Below, in pieces: positions 55,247-64,000 of a stretch of 64,000 nucleotides of DNA (positions within the stretch are counted from its first letter, which is position 1; each line of letters begins with the position of its first letter). Position numbers and translations under genes: made by a program. The notes under the pieces were generated by a model. The model searched no databases. It was given only the letters and a program-made list of their open reading frames with translations, and was not told the origin of the DNA. The DNA comes from Pseudomonadota bacterium (GTDB taxonomy: Bacteria; Desulfobacterota; Binatia; Binatales; Binataceae): the NCBI GenBank assembly GCA_021323675.1, contig JAJPKP010000070.1, forward strand, positions 147,887 through 211,886. Direction: 5' to 3'.

Positions 55247-57838
55247 ATGAGCGAACGAAAGCGGCCCCGAGTTGCGAGTCGACAGCCCAAGCTTGAAGAA
55301 TGGATTCGCGCCGCACTCCGTGTTGGAGCGATAATCACGGCCCTTGCGCGCGTCGGTGACCTTTACCTGATGAGAGCGGCGACGCCGCACCATTTCGCAG
55401 TCGTCTCCCTGTTGCTGTTTTCGCTGACCGCGAGTTCGCTGGCAGTCGTTGCGACTTATCTGCGCTGGTTCGACCCCCACTGGCGAGAGCTGACGTTGGG
55501 GGTTTGCGCGTTGTCCAGCCTGAGCGCGACGGTATTCGGCGTCGCAACCGGCCGCGATGAACTCATTTTCGTGTCGCTGATCCTGATGATCATCGGGAGC
55601 AGCGCGATGCTGCCGTGGTCGTCTGGATGGCAGGCATCGTTGAGCGGATTCTGCTTTTCGCTGTGGGCGATTCCATTGGCGTTCGGGCACGGTTCCGCAA
55701 CCGATCTCCTGCACTGGATGGCGATTGCGGCCGCCGCCGTTCTGGCCCAGATGGCGGTGATAATCCGCAGCCATCAGATGGCGGAACAGGCGGAGGCAAA
55801 CCGCAAGATTCGTGAGAGCGAAACCAACCTGCGCAAAGTGTACGAAGCGAGCCCCGCCGCGATCGCCGTTGTCCACCTGCCGGATTGCACATACACCGAC
55901 GTAAATCGGACGTTTGAACAGTCGAGCGGATATTCGCGCGAAGACGCTATCGGCGCCACCGACATTGACCTGCGACTGTGGAGCGATCTCGGGGCGCGCG
56001 AGAAGTTTTTCGAACTCCTGAGAAAGCGCGGCGAGGTGCAGGGGTTCGAGGCCGAAATGCGGCTACGAGACGGCACCCTGGTCCCCACCCTGATCTCGGC
56101 CGTGGAAGTCGAGATTGATGGCCAACCCTGCGCCATCAGCATCACGCGCGGAATCATGCGTATCAAGCGGACCGAGCAGGAGCTGGTGCAGGCGCGCGAG
56201 GAAGCCCTGGCCGCGTCGCGCGCGAAGACCGAATTCCTGAGCAGCGTGTCGCATGAAATTCGCACTCCGCTCAACGCCATCCTCGGCATGGCCGATCTTC
56301 TAATGGAAACGCCGCTCAACGACGAGCAGCGACGCTACCTGGAATCGATGGTGGACAACGGCAACACGCTGCTCGAGCTGATCAATGCGGTGCTGGATCT
56401 GGCCCGGGTCGAGAGCGGCCGGCTTTCGCTGGAAAGCGTCGCGTTCGACCTGGAGGGATTGGTCGATCGCGTGGTCGATACCCTCGGCCTGCGCGCTCAC
56501 GAAAAGGGGCTGGAACTGGTGGCGCGAATCGCGCCCGAGGTGCCGACTCTGCTCGTCGGCGATCCGCTGAGGCTTCGCCAGGTCCTGATCAACCTGGTCG
56601 GCAACGCGACCAAGTTCACCGAGCGCGGCGAAGTCAGCCTGGTGGTGGAGTCCTGTGTGGCGCCGCCCGTTCCATCCGGCGAGGCGGTGATTCGCTTCAC
56701 CGTGCGAGACACGGGAATCGGCATCTCCGCCAATCAACTCGAGCGGATTTTTTCCAACTTCTCCCAGGCGGACTCGTCTACCACGCGCAAGTACGGAGGC
56801 ACCGGACTCGGCCTGGCCATCTCGCGCCGGCTGGTGGAGATGATGGGCGGGAGTGTCAATGTCGAGAGCGAACTCGGCCGCGGCAGCACCTTCTGGTTCA
56901 CCGCTCGCTTCAAGACCCAGCCCGGGGCCACTCGCCCCGCCGCCGGCGATACGCCGGACCTGGCGGGAACGCGCGTTCTGATCGTGGAGGATTCGGCGAT
57001 GAACCGCGCGGTGCTGAACGAGATTCTTACCGCGCGCGGGGCGCGAGTAACCGCGGTGAGTTCATCCGACGACGCGACTTTGGAACTCGAAAAAGCCAAA
57101 GACGCGGACGATCGCTATCGCCTGATCCTGATCGACGCGCACCAGCCGAACCGCGATGGTTTTGCGCTGGCCCGCGCGATCAGGACGACTGCGGGACGGA
57201 ACGCAAAAATCATCATGATGCTGACGTCGGGCGACCTTACCAGCCAGTTGCAGCGCCTGCGCGAAACCGGCTTGTCGCATCATCTCGTCAAGCCCATCAA
57301 GCGCGCCGACGTGATGAATGCGATCGCTCGGGCGCTGGCTCTTCGCCCGGCGCCGCCGAAACCGGTCCTGGTTTCAGACGGGACGCAGCCCGAAGTACGC
57401 CCGCTGAGAATTCTGGCGGCCGATGATTCCGCCGACAATCGCGCGCTTATCGCCGCGTTCCTGAAGGACGAGCCCTATGTCATTGACGAAGCGGAGAATG
57501 GCGCGCTGGCGGTCGAGCGGTTTAAGCGTGAACATTACGACCTGGTCCTGATGGACGTCCAGATGCCGGTGATGGATGGAGACGAAGCGACTCGCGAGAT
57601 TCGGCGATTCGAACTCGAAAGTGCCCGCCCGCGCACTCCGATCGTCGCCCTGTCCGCCGCGGTCTTTTCTGAATCGATCGCGCAGAGCCTCACCGCGGGA
57701 TGCGACGCGCACGTAGGCAAGCCGGTAAAGCGCGCGATGTTGCTGGATGTGATTAGGCGGCTTACGGCGAAGCCGCAGGCGGCCGACGGCGAGGCTGAGA
57801 TCGGGCCGCTTGCGCCCGCTCGCCAGCATACGAGGTAA
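55247..57838 (+). CDS. Hybrid sensor histidine kinase with an N-terminal membrane domain, PAS, HisKA and HATPase domains, and two C-terminal receiver domains
   Basis: The N-terminus has multiple TM helices. The H-box is [14 protein letters not shown] and the G-box is [12 protein letters not shown]. The first receiver carries DSAMNRAVL...[13 protein letters not shown]. The second receiver carries [10 protein letters not shown]...[13 protein letters not shown]. Confidence 0.85.
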   Translation: MSERKRPRVASRQPKLEEWIRAALRVGAIITALARVGDLYLMRAATPHHFAVVSLLLFSLTASSLAVVATYLRWFDPHWRELTLGVCALSSLSATVFGVATGRDELIFVSLILMIIGSSAMLPWSSGWQASLSGFCFSLWAIPLAFGHGSATDLLHWMAIAAAAVLAQMAVIIRSHQMAEQAEANRKIRESETNLRKVYEASPAAIAVVHLPDCTYTDVNRTFEQSSGYSREDAIGATDIDLRLWSDLGAREKFFELLRKRGEVQGFEAEMRLRDGTLVPTLISAVEVEIDGQPCAISITRGIMRIKRTEQELVQAREEALAASRAKTEFLSSVSHEIRTPLNAILGMADLLMETPLNDEQRRYLESMVDNGNTLLELINAVLDLARVESGRLSLESVAFDLEGLVDRVVDTLGLRAHEKGLELVARIAPEVPTLLVGDPLRLRQVLINLVGNATKFTERGEVSLVVESCVAPPVPSGEAVIRFTVRDTGIGISANQLERIFSNFSQADSSTTRKYGGTGLGLAISRRLVEMMGGSVNVESELGRGSTFWFTARFKTQPGATRPAAGDTPDLAGTRVLIVEDSAMNRAVLNEILTARGARVTAVSSSDDATLELEKAKDADDRYRLILIDAHQPNRDGFALARAIRTTAGRNAKIIMMLTSGDLTSQLQRLRETGLSHHLVKPIKRADVMNAIARALALRPAPPKPVLVSDGTQPEVRPLRILAADDSADNRALIAAFLKDEPYVIDEAENGALAVERFKREHYDLVLMDVQMPVMDGDEATREIRRFELESARPRTPIVALSAAVFSESIAQSLTAGCDAHVGKPVKRAMLLDVIRRLTAKPQAADGEAEIGPLAPARQHTR

Positions 57839-57902
57839 CCGGCGGACAGGCGGTGATTCGCTTGTTATTTTCGCGCCGCTTGCGCTATGCGAAGAGGCGG
57901 CC

Positions 57903-59072
57903 ATGAGCGAATTTACCGTTAAAGACAAGGCTGCGATCGTCGGGGTCGGAGAGACCAAATACTACAAGCGCGGACAGGCGCCGGTCAGCGAATTTCGCCT
58001 CGCGCTGGAGGCAATCCTGCGGGCATGTGACGACGCGGGAATTCGTCCCACCGACATCGACGGAATCGCCTCGTACAGCAACGATCGCAACGACTCCGTG
58101 CGCGTCGCGACCGCGCTCGGACTGCCCGAGTTGCGCTTTTCCAACATGTTCTGGGGTGGCGGAGGCGGCGGCGGTTCCGGCGCGATCGGCAACGCCGCGG
58201 CCGCAATCGCCGCAGGCTATGCGAACTGCGTGGTGGTGTACCGCGCGCTGGCGCAGGGACAGTTCGGACGCTTCGGCCAGACCCCCGCCCTCAAGACCAT
58301 CTCGGGAAATCCCGCTTACACCTGGCCGTACGGAATGTCGACGCCGGCGCAATGGATCGCGCTCCGAACGCGCCGCTTCATGCACGAGCACAACGTCACG
58401 CAGGATGCGATCGCGGCGATCGCGCTTGCCTGCTACCATCACGCGCAGTTCAATCCCCGCGCGGTCATGTACGGCCGTCCCCTGACGCGCAAGATGTATG
58501 ACGAGTCGCGATGGATCGTCGAGCCGTTTCATCTTTATGACTGCTGCATGGAGAACGACGGTGCGGCAGCGGTGATCCTGGCCACCCGCGATCGCGCGCG
58601 CGACATGAAGCAGCGGCCCGCCTGGGTAATGGCGGCGGCGCAGGGCTCGGACTTTCGCCAGGGCGCGGGGGCGGAAAACAATCCCGATTACGCCACCTCG
58701 AACTTCAAGACGCTGGCGCCGCGCCTGTACGCGATGGCGGGAATCGAACCTAAAGACGTTGACGTAGCGCAGGTCTACGAAAATTTCACCGGCGCGGTCA
58801 TGACCAGCCTCGTCGAGCACGGCTTCTGCGCGCCCGACGGCGTGATGGAATTCTGCACCTTCGAGAACCTGACCTGGCCCAACGGCAAGCTTCCCATCAA
58901 CACCAGCGGCGGCAATCTGGCCGAGTGCTACATGCACGGACTGGAATTGATCATTGAAGCGGCCCGCCAGATTCGCGGCACATCCACCTGCCAGGTCAAG
59001 GATGCGGAGATATCGATGGTCGTGTCGGGGCCGATGGTCGCGCCCGTGAGCGACCTGATTCTCCATCGATAG
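57903..59072 (+). CDS. Thiolase-like lipid-transfer protein (SCP-x/Ltp-type, non-condensing thiolase fold)
   Basis: Its thiolase fold lacks the classical N-terminal Cys motif. It is followed by its usual DUF35 partner. It contains a run of seven Gly residues. Confidence 0.8.
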   Translation: MSEFTVKDKAAIVGVGETKYYKRGQAPVSEFRLALEAILRACDDAGIRPTDIDGIASYSNDRNDSVRVATALGLPELRFSNMFWGGGGGGGSGAIGNAAAAIAAGYANCVVVYRALAQGQFGRFGQTPALKTISGNPAYTWPYGMSTPAQWIALRTRRFMHEHNVTQDAIAAIALACYHHAQFNPRAVMYGRPLTRKMYDESRWIVEPFHLYDCCMENDGAAAVILATRDRARDMKQRPAWVMAAAQGSDFRQGAGAENNPDYATSNFKTLAPRLYAMAGIEPKDVDVAQVYENFTGAVMTSLVEHGFCAPDGVMEFCTFENLTWPNGKLPINTSGGNLAECYMHGLELIIEAARQIRGTSTCQVKDAEISMVVSGPMVAPVSDLILHR

Positions 59073-59085
59073 AGCGAGCGCACAA

Positions 59086-59538
59086 ATGAGCGAAACCGAG
59101 ACCAGCCGAAAGACTTATCTGCCCGCCGGGATGCCGGTGCCGGCCCCCGCGCACGATGGCGTCGATCGGGAGTTCTATGAAGCCGCGCGCCGCCACGAAC
59201 TGGCTGTGCAGCGATGCGGCAAATGCGGCACGTTCCAATTCCCCGCGGAATGGATTTGCCACAAATGTCACGCGACGGAGCCGGGATGGCATCGCGTGTC
59301 AGGCCGCGGACGAATCTACAGTTGGGAGCGCGTCTGGCACCCCGCGCATCCCGCTCTCAAGAACGCTTGTCCCTACCTGGTCGTGGTAGTGGAATTGCCC
59401 GACGCCGGAAACATAAGGATGGTGGGGAACCTGCTCGGGGATCCGATGCAGGAAGTAAAGATCGACTCCGAGGTCGAGGCGGTATTCGAGGACCACGAGC
59501 ACGCCACCCTGGTGCAGTGGAGACTCGTGGAGTCCTGA
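59086..59538 (+). CDS. Zn-ribbon/OB-fold protein (DUF35), partner of the Ltp-type thiolase
   Basis: It has the CGKCG...CHKCH rubredoxin-like Zn ribbon followed by an OB fold. Confidence 0.8.
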   Translation: MSETETSRKTYLPAGMPVPAPAHDGVDREFYEAARRHELAVQRCGKCGTFQFPAEWICHKCHATEPGWHRVSGRGRIYSWERVWHPAHPALKNACPYLVVVVELPDAGNIRMVGNLLGDPMQEVKIDSEVEAVFEDHEHATLVQWRLVES

Positions 59539-59571
59539 CGATCGAATCCGCAGGCCGCGCGCTTGCGCCGC

Positions 59572-60183
59572 TCAGACCTTTTCGCCGTCCGGTTTTACGA
59601 ACTGCAGGGCGGCCGAGTTCATGCAATAGCGAAGACCCGTCGGCGGCGGTCCGTCATCGAAGACGTGCCCCAGATGCGCATCGCATCGCGCGCACACGAC
59701 TTCCGTGCGGGTCATGAAGAACGACCGATCCTTCGCGGTGCGGATATTTTCCGGAGCGATCGGCTCCCAGAAACTGGGCCATCCGGTTCCCGAATCGAAC
59801 TTTGTGTCGGAGGAGAACAGCGCGTTGCCGCAACAGATGCATCGAAACAGGCCTTTGTCATGCCAATTCGCGTATTTGTTGGTGAACGGCCGTTCCGTGC
59901 CTTTCTGCCGCGTGACTTTGTACTGTTCGGAGGTCAATTGCTTTCGCCACTCTTCGTCAGATTTGACTACCTTTTCCACGGTCACGAGTCCCTTCCTTTT
60001 CCCGTCGTCGCTGAACTCGACGATGGTAACGGTGCCCGGTCCTGCGTCAGCCAGCGCATCGTCCTTCTTTGAATTTGCGCCGTACAGGAAGTCAAGCGCA
60101 ACCAGGGCCGGAATCGCGACCAACCCGGCAATCATCGTGCGGCGGCTTACCGAACAGGCCGAGCGCCTCAATTGAGGATCCAC
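59572..60183 (-). CDS. msrB: Peptide-methionine (R)-S-oxide reductase MsrB with an N-terminal signal- or Tat-like extension
   Basis: The SelR domain is RCICCG...[16 protein letters not shown]...RYC. The roughly 50-aa N-terminus contains [19 protein letters not shown], which has a twin-Arg and a hydrophobic core. It has a GTG start. Confidence 0.85.
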   Translation of the reverse strand: MDPQLRRSACSVSRRTMIAGLVAIPALVALDFLYGANSKKDDALADAGPGTVTIVEFSDDGKRKGLVTVEKVVKSDEEWRKQLTSEQYKVTRQKGTERPFTNKYANWHDKGLFRCICCGNALFSSDTKFDSGTGWPSFWEPIAPENIRTAKDRSFFMTRTEVVCARCDAHLGHVFDDGPPPTGLRYCMNSAALQFVKPDGEKV

Positions 60184-60261
60184 TTGCCTCGCTCCTTTCC
60201 TGCCATCCTATATTACGAAACCGGGAAGAGGGGCGGATGGTTCCGCACGGTGTGCGGCGTG

Positions 60262-61332
60262 TCAGGCTTCGTAAACGAAGACGCGGTTTTCCTTCGGCGA
60301 GAGAAAGACTTTAGCGCCCGGTGCGAGCTCCAGGGTCGTGAAGCGATCATGGCCTAGATCCACGCTTACCGGATCGCCCCATTCAGCGACCAGCTCGATG
60401 CGGACCTGAGGTCCTGCAGCGTTGACGCTTTTGACCGTCGCGGGAAAGCTCCCGGGTCCCGCTGAAACTCTGTCGATTTCCAGCAGATGCGGCCGCACGT
60501 ACAGCATCGCGCGCCCCGAAGCGCTTGCGACACTTCCGTTCGCCGCGCCGACTTCGAGGGAAGTATTACCGAGATAGACTCGGCCGTCCTCGATCCGCCC
60601 GTGGAACAGGTTCACGTTGCCCAAAAAGCTCGCCACGAAGGCGTTGGCGGGATGGTGATAAACATCCTCGGGGCTTCCGATCTGTTCGATCCTGCCGGCA
60701 TTCATCACGACGACCCTGTCGGCCAGCTCCAGCGCTTCATCCTGGTCGTGGGTAACGAAGACGCAAGTGATGCCCAGTTGGCGATGAAGCCGGCGCAGCC
60801 ATCGCCGCAGTTCCTGCCGTACCCGCGCATCCAGCGAGCCGAACGGTTCATCAAGCAGCAGGATCCGCGGTTCGATGGCGAGAGTGCGCGCCAGTGCGAC
60901 TCTCTGGCGCTGTCCGCCCGAAAGCTGCGACGGATAGCGATGGGCCATGAAGTCAAGCTGGACCATCCGCAGCAACTCGTGCACCTTGGCGCGGATCGCG
61001 CTTTCGGAAGGGCGCGATCCGCGCGGTTGGACGCGCAGGCCGAAAGCCACATTCTCGAATACGGTCATGTGCCGAAAAAGCGCGTAATGCTGAAAGACAA
61101 ACCCGATTCGACGGTCGCGGACGCTCAGCGAACCAGCATCCGCGCCGCGGAAGTGAATCGATCCCGCGTCGGGCGCCTCAAGACCCGCGATTATTCTGAG
61201 CAGCGTGGTCTTGCCCGAGCCCGACAGCCCCAGCAGCGCGACGAGTTCGCCCTCCTTTATTGCGAGGTCGATGTTGTCGAGGGCGACGAATCCGCCAAAA
61301 ATCTTTCGGAGGTTTCGGATTTCGATGCTCAT
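60262..61332 (-). CDS. cysA: Sulfate/thiosulfate ABC transporter ATP-binding protein
   Basis: It has Walker A (GLSGSGKTT), the signature LSGGQRQR, Walker B (LLLDEP), and a C-terminal TOBE/MOP-like domain. The ATG at 61332 overlaps the cysW stop. Confidence 0.9.
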   Translation of the reverse strand: MSIEIRNLRKIFGGFVALDNIDLAIKEGELVALLGLSGSGKTTLLRIIAGLEAPDAGSIHFRGADAGSLSVRDRRIGFVFQHYALFRHMTVFENVAFGLRVQPRGSRPSESAIRAKVHELLRMVQLDFMAHRYPSQLSGGQRQRVALARTLAIEPRILLLDEPFGSLDARVRQELRRWLRRLHRQLGITCVFVTHDQDEALELADRVVVMNAGRIEQIGSPEDVYHHPANAFVASFLGNVNLFHGRIEDGRVYLGNTSLEVGAANGSVASASGRAMLYVRPHLLEIDRVSAGPGSFPATVKSVNAAGPQVRIELVAEWGDPVSVDLGHDRFTTLELAPGAKVFLSPKENRVFVYEA

Positions 61333-62231
61333 GCGGCAAGCCTCGGGAGTTCTTCTCCGGCGTGTTTGATTTGCGAGGCGACGCGCCGGCCCACCGCGTG
61401 CTTGAGGGTGAGCGTTACGATCGAAAGCAGGGCGAGCAGCGACGCGACCGCGAACGCCGCGGAGAACTCGTAGTCGTTGTAGAGAATCTCGACGTACAGC
61501 GGCATCGTGTTGGTCGCTCCGCGGATGTGCCCCGAAACGACGGAAACCGCCCCGAATTCGCCCATCGCCCGCGCCGCGCAAAGCACTACGCCATAAACGA
61601 CTCCCCATCGAACATTGGGCAGGGTGACGCGCGTGAACATCTGAAACCCGCTTGCGCCCAGCACGATCGCCGCTTCCTCTTCGTCTTGCCCGCTTGCCTG
61701 CATGACCGGAATCAATTCCCGCGCGGCGATAGGAAAGGTCACGAAGATGGTGGCGAGCACGATCCCGGGCTCGGCGAAAATGATTCGGAGACCGTGATCT
61801 GCGAGCCATTCCCCCATGGGCGTTCGAACTCCCAGCAGGAGCACGAACAGCATTCCCGAGATCACCGGCGATACCGAGAACGGCAAATCAATCAGTGTGG
61901 CGAGGAACTGTTTTCCGGGAAATTCGAAACGGGCGACCAGCCACGCCGCGGCCAGCCCAAAACCAACATTCAGCGGGACGGCGATGGCGGCAGTCGTCAA
62001 GGTAAGCCTGATCGCGGCGCGGGCTTCCTGCGACGAGATCGCTGCCAGATAAACGCCAAGGCCTTTCGCGAAAGCTTCGGTAAACACCGCCGCGAGCGGA
62101 AGAAAGAGGAACAACCCGAGGAACGCGAAAGTGATCGCCAGCAGAGCTCGCCTCACGCCGGGAGGTTCACCGACCCCCACGCGCCGGGAGTGCGGGGCAT
62201 TCGCGCCTGTAAATCCGAAATTTTCGAACAT
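61329..62231 (-). CDS. cysW: Sulfate ABC transporter permease
   Basis: It has the CysW-type permease fold, and the EAA-like loop contains ...[18 protein letters not shown].... The ATG at 62231 lies inside the longer track ORF. Confidence 0.85.
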   Translation of the reverse strand: MFENFGFTGANAPHSRRVGVGEPPGVRRALLAITFAFLGLFLFLPLAAVFTEAFAKGLGVYLAAISSQEARAAIRLTLTTAAIAVPLNVGFGLAAAWLVARFEFPGKQFLATLIDLPFSVSPVISGMLFVLLLGVRTPMGEWLADHGLRIIFAEPGIVLATIFVTFPIAARELIPVMQASGQDEEEAAIVLGASGFQMFTRVTLPNVRWGVVYGVVLCAARAMGEFGAVSVVSGHIRGATNTMPLYVEILYNDYEFSAAFAVASLLALLSIVTLTLKHAVGRRVASQIKHAGEELPRLAA

Positions 62232-62242
62232 CGATGGCCTTC

Positions 62243-63064
62243 CTATGCTGTGAGCCGCCGCGCGCTCCAGCGCTGGAGCACATTTGCGGCGAACAGCAGA
62301 ACGGCGGAAATCAACAGCGTAACCATCGCGATCGCCGCGGCTCCCGCATAGTCGAACTGCTCGAGCTTGCTCATGATCAGCAGCGGCAGCACTTCCGTGC
62401 GCATCGGCAGGTTGCCCGAAATGAACACCACCGAGCCGTACTCGCCAATGGCGCGCGCGAACGCCAGGGTGAAGCCGGCGAGAATGGCTGGAAGCAGGGC
62501 CGGCAAAGTCACGCGAGTGAAGGCCTGGAGACGGCTCGCGCCCAACGTTGCCGCCGCTTCCTCCAGCTCGGGATCCAGATCTTCGAGGACCGGCTGCAGC
62601 GTTCGTACCACGAACGGAAGGCCGACGAAGGTCAGCGCAACCACGACTCCGGCGGGCGCGAACGCGACTTTGACTCCGAATGGAGTCAGCCATCGCCCTA
62701 TCCATCCGTTGCCGGCATAGAGCGCGGTAAGGATGATGCCCGCCACGGAAGTGGGCAGCGCGAATGGCAGGTCAACCATCGCGTCGATTGCCCCTCGCAT
62801 CGGAAAGTCGTAACGGACCAGCGTCCAGGCCACCGCCACGCCGAACGCGGAATTGATGATCGCCGCGATCGTCGCGGCGAAGAAGCTCAGCCGGCAGGCC
62901 GCCAGCGTCCTGGGAGCGGCAACGACCGCGAAGAATTCGTGAATGCCGATCGCAGCGGTCTTGAAAAAGATCGTTGACAAGGGGATCAGCACAATCACGC
63001 TCAGATACGCGACCGTGATGCCCAAAGTCAGGCCGAAGCCGGGAATTGCATGGACGCGCTTCAT
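62243..63064 (-). CDS. cysT: Sulfate ABC transporter permease
   Basis: It has the CysT/CysU-type permease fold ([21 protein letters not shown]). Its ATG overlaps the sbp stop. Confidence 0.85.
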   Translation of the reverse strand: MKRVHAIPGFGLTLGITVAYLSVIVLIPLSTIFFKTAAIGIHEFFAVVAAPRTLAACRLSFFAATIAAIINSAFGVAVAWTLVRYDFPMRGAIDAMVDLPFALPTSVAGIILTALYAGNGWIGRWLTPFGVKVAFAPAGVVVALTFVGLPFVVRTLQPVLEDLDPELEEAAATLGASRLQAFTRVTLPALLPAILAGFTLAFARAIGEYGSVVFISGNLPMRTEVLPLLIMSKLEQFDYAGAAAIAMVTLLISAVLLFAANVLQRWSARRLTA

Positions 63065-64000
63065 TTTGCGCCCTGGACGATCTGATCGAAGATGGCGCCG
63101 TCAGCGAAGAATTTTTTCTGTGCGGCGCTCCATCCCCCGAAAACCTCATCGACGGTAAACAGCGGCAAGTCCGGGAATTGCGCGCGATATTTCTCCCGAA
63201 TCGAAGCCAGCCGCGGACGATAGAAGTTGCGCGCAATCACCGACTGTCCCTCCGGCGTGTAAAGGTACTCGAGGTACGACCTGGCAATCCTGGCAGTACC
63301 GTGCCGTTCGACGACCTTGTCCACCCAGGCGACCGGCGGTTCGGCCAATACGCTCACCGAGGGCGTGATCACCTCGAAGCGCGATGGGCCGAATTCCTTG
63401 AGCGACATGAGCGCTTCGTTTTCCCACGCGATCAGCACATCGCCGATGCCGCGCTCGGCAAAAGTGGTCGTCGAGCCGCGCGCGCCGGAATCCAGCACCG
63501 GCACATTGCGATAGAGCCGAGCCACAAAGTCGCGCGCCTTGGCTTCATCTCCGTTGTCTTTCTTGAGCGCGTAGCCCCAGGCCGCGAGAAAATTCCATCG
63601 CGCGCCACCCGACGTCTTGGGGTTTGGAGTTATTACTTCCACTCCCGGCTTTACCAGGTCATCCCAATCGTGAATTCCCTTGGGATTTCCCTTGCGCACC
63701 AGCAGAACGATGGTCGAGGTGTACGGGCAGCTGTTCTCTGGCAATCGCTTCTGCCAGTCGGCGGGGAGGAGCTGCGCCTTGGCGGCGATCGAGTCGACAT
63801 CGTAGGCAAGGCCCAGCGTGACCACGTCGGCATCGAGCCCGTCGATCACCGCGCGAGCCTGCTTTCCCGAGCCGCCATGAGACTGATTGATCGTCACATC
63901 CTGGCCGGTCCTGGCTTTCCAATACTTTACGAAGACCGAGTTGTAGTCCTGGTAGAGCTCGCGGGTCGGATCATAGGAGACGTTAAGGATGGCCTGTGCG
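63061..64000 (-). CDS. sbp: Sulfate-binding periplasmic protein (Sbp/CysP); the 5' end lies outside the window
   Basis: The frame remains open upstream of the track ORF. I translated it by hand as ...[55 protein letters not shown]..., which closely resembles the E. coli Sbp N-terminal region. Confidence 0.85.
   Translation of the reverse strand, partial: AQAILNVSYDPTRELYQDYNSVFVKYWKARTGQDVTINQSHGGSGKQARAVIDGLDADVVTLGLAYDVDSIAAKAQLLPADWQKRLPENSCPYTSTIVLLVRKGNPKGIHDWDDLVKPGVEVITPNPKTSGGARWNFLAAWGYALKKDNGDEAKARDFVARLYRNVPVLDSGARGSTTTFAERGIGDVLIAWENEALMSLKEFGPSRFEVITPSVSVLAEPPVAWVDKVVERHGTARIARSYLEYLYTPEGQSVIARNFYRPRLASIREKYRAQFPDLPLFTVDEVFGGWSAAQKKFFADGAIFDQIVQGAK

Overview
This is a 64-kb, high-GC (roughly two-thirds GC), gene-dense bacterial chromosomal segment, coded on both strands. 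It has no rRNA, tRNA, CRISPR arrays or obvious insertion sequences or transposases. Both ends of the window carry sulfur-assimilation genes: a sulfite reductase C-terminus plus cysH at the 5' end, and a sulfate ABC transporter (sbp-cysT-cysW-cysA) at the 3' end. In between are the following:
- an MscS-family channel with a long periplasmic coiled coil;
- a sigma-54-driven operon encoding a domain-less sigma-54 activator and a separate receiver protein;
- an addB-addA pair;
- MOSC and Macro-domain genes;
- a Dpp/Opp-type ABC transporter that lacks ATPase genes;
- mtnA;
- an RRM RNA-binding protein gene preceded by a ~700-bp lower-GC leader;
- a xanthine-dehydrogenase-family three-subunit molybdoenzyme followed by a MoaD/ThiS-like gene;
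- a phosphotransferase and acyl-CoA dehydrogenase pair;
- a heavy-metal RND efflux operon (outer-membrane factor, adaptor, pump) with small Cys-rich or secreted ORFs upstream and a low-GC lipase lipoprotein downstream;
- a NarB-like molybdopterin oxidoreductase with a divergent HxlR regulator and a putative nitrate-reductase-associated protein;
- a catabolic cluster (CoA-transferase, GST, TetR, SDR, HCCA-isomerase-like, acyl-CoA dehydrogenase, VOC);
- a DEAD-box helicase, an enoyl-CoA hydratase, a hybrid histidine kinase, an SCP-x-type thiolase with a DUF35 partner, and a signal-peptide-bearing MsrB.
The high GC produces many long antisense ORFs, and these were rejected. Start codons were refined by in-frame offsets from the supplied ORF track. 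That track labels GTG and TTG starts as M.
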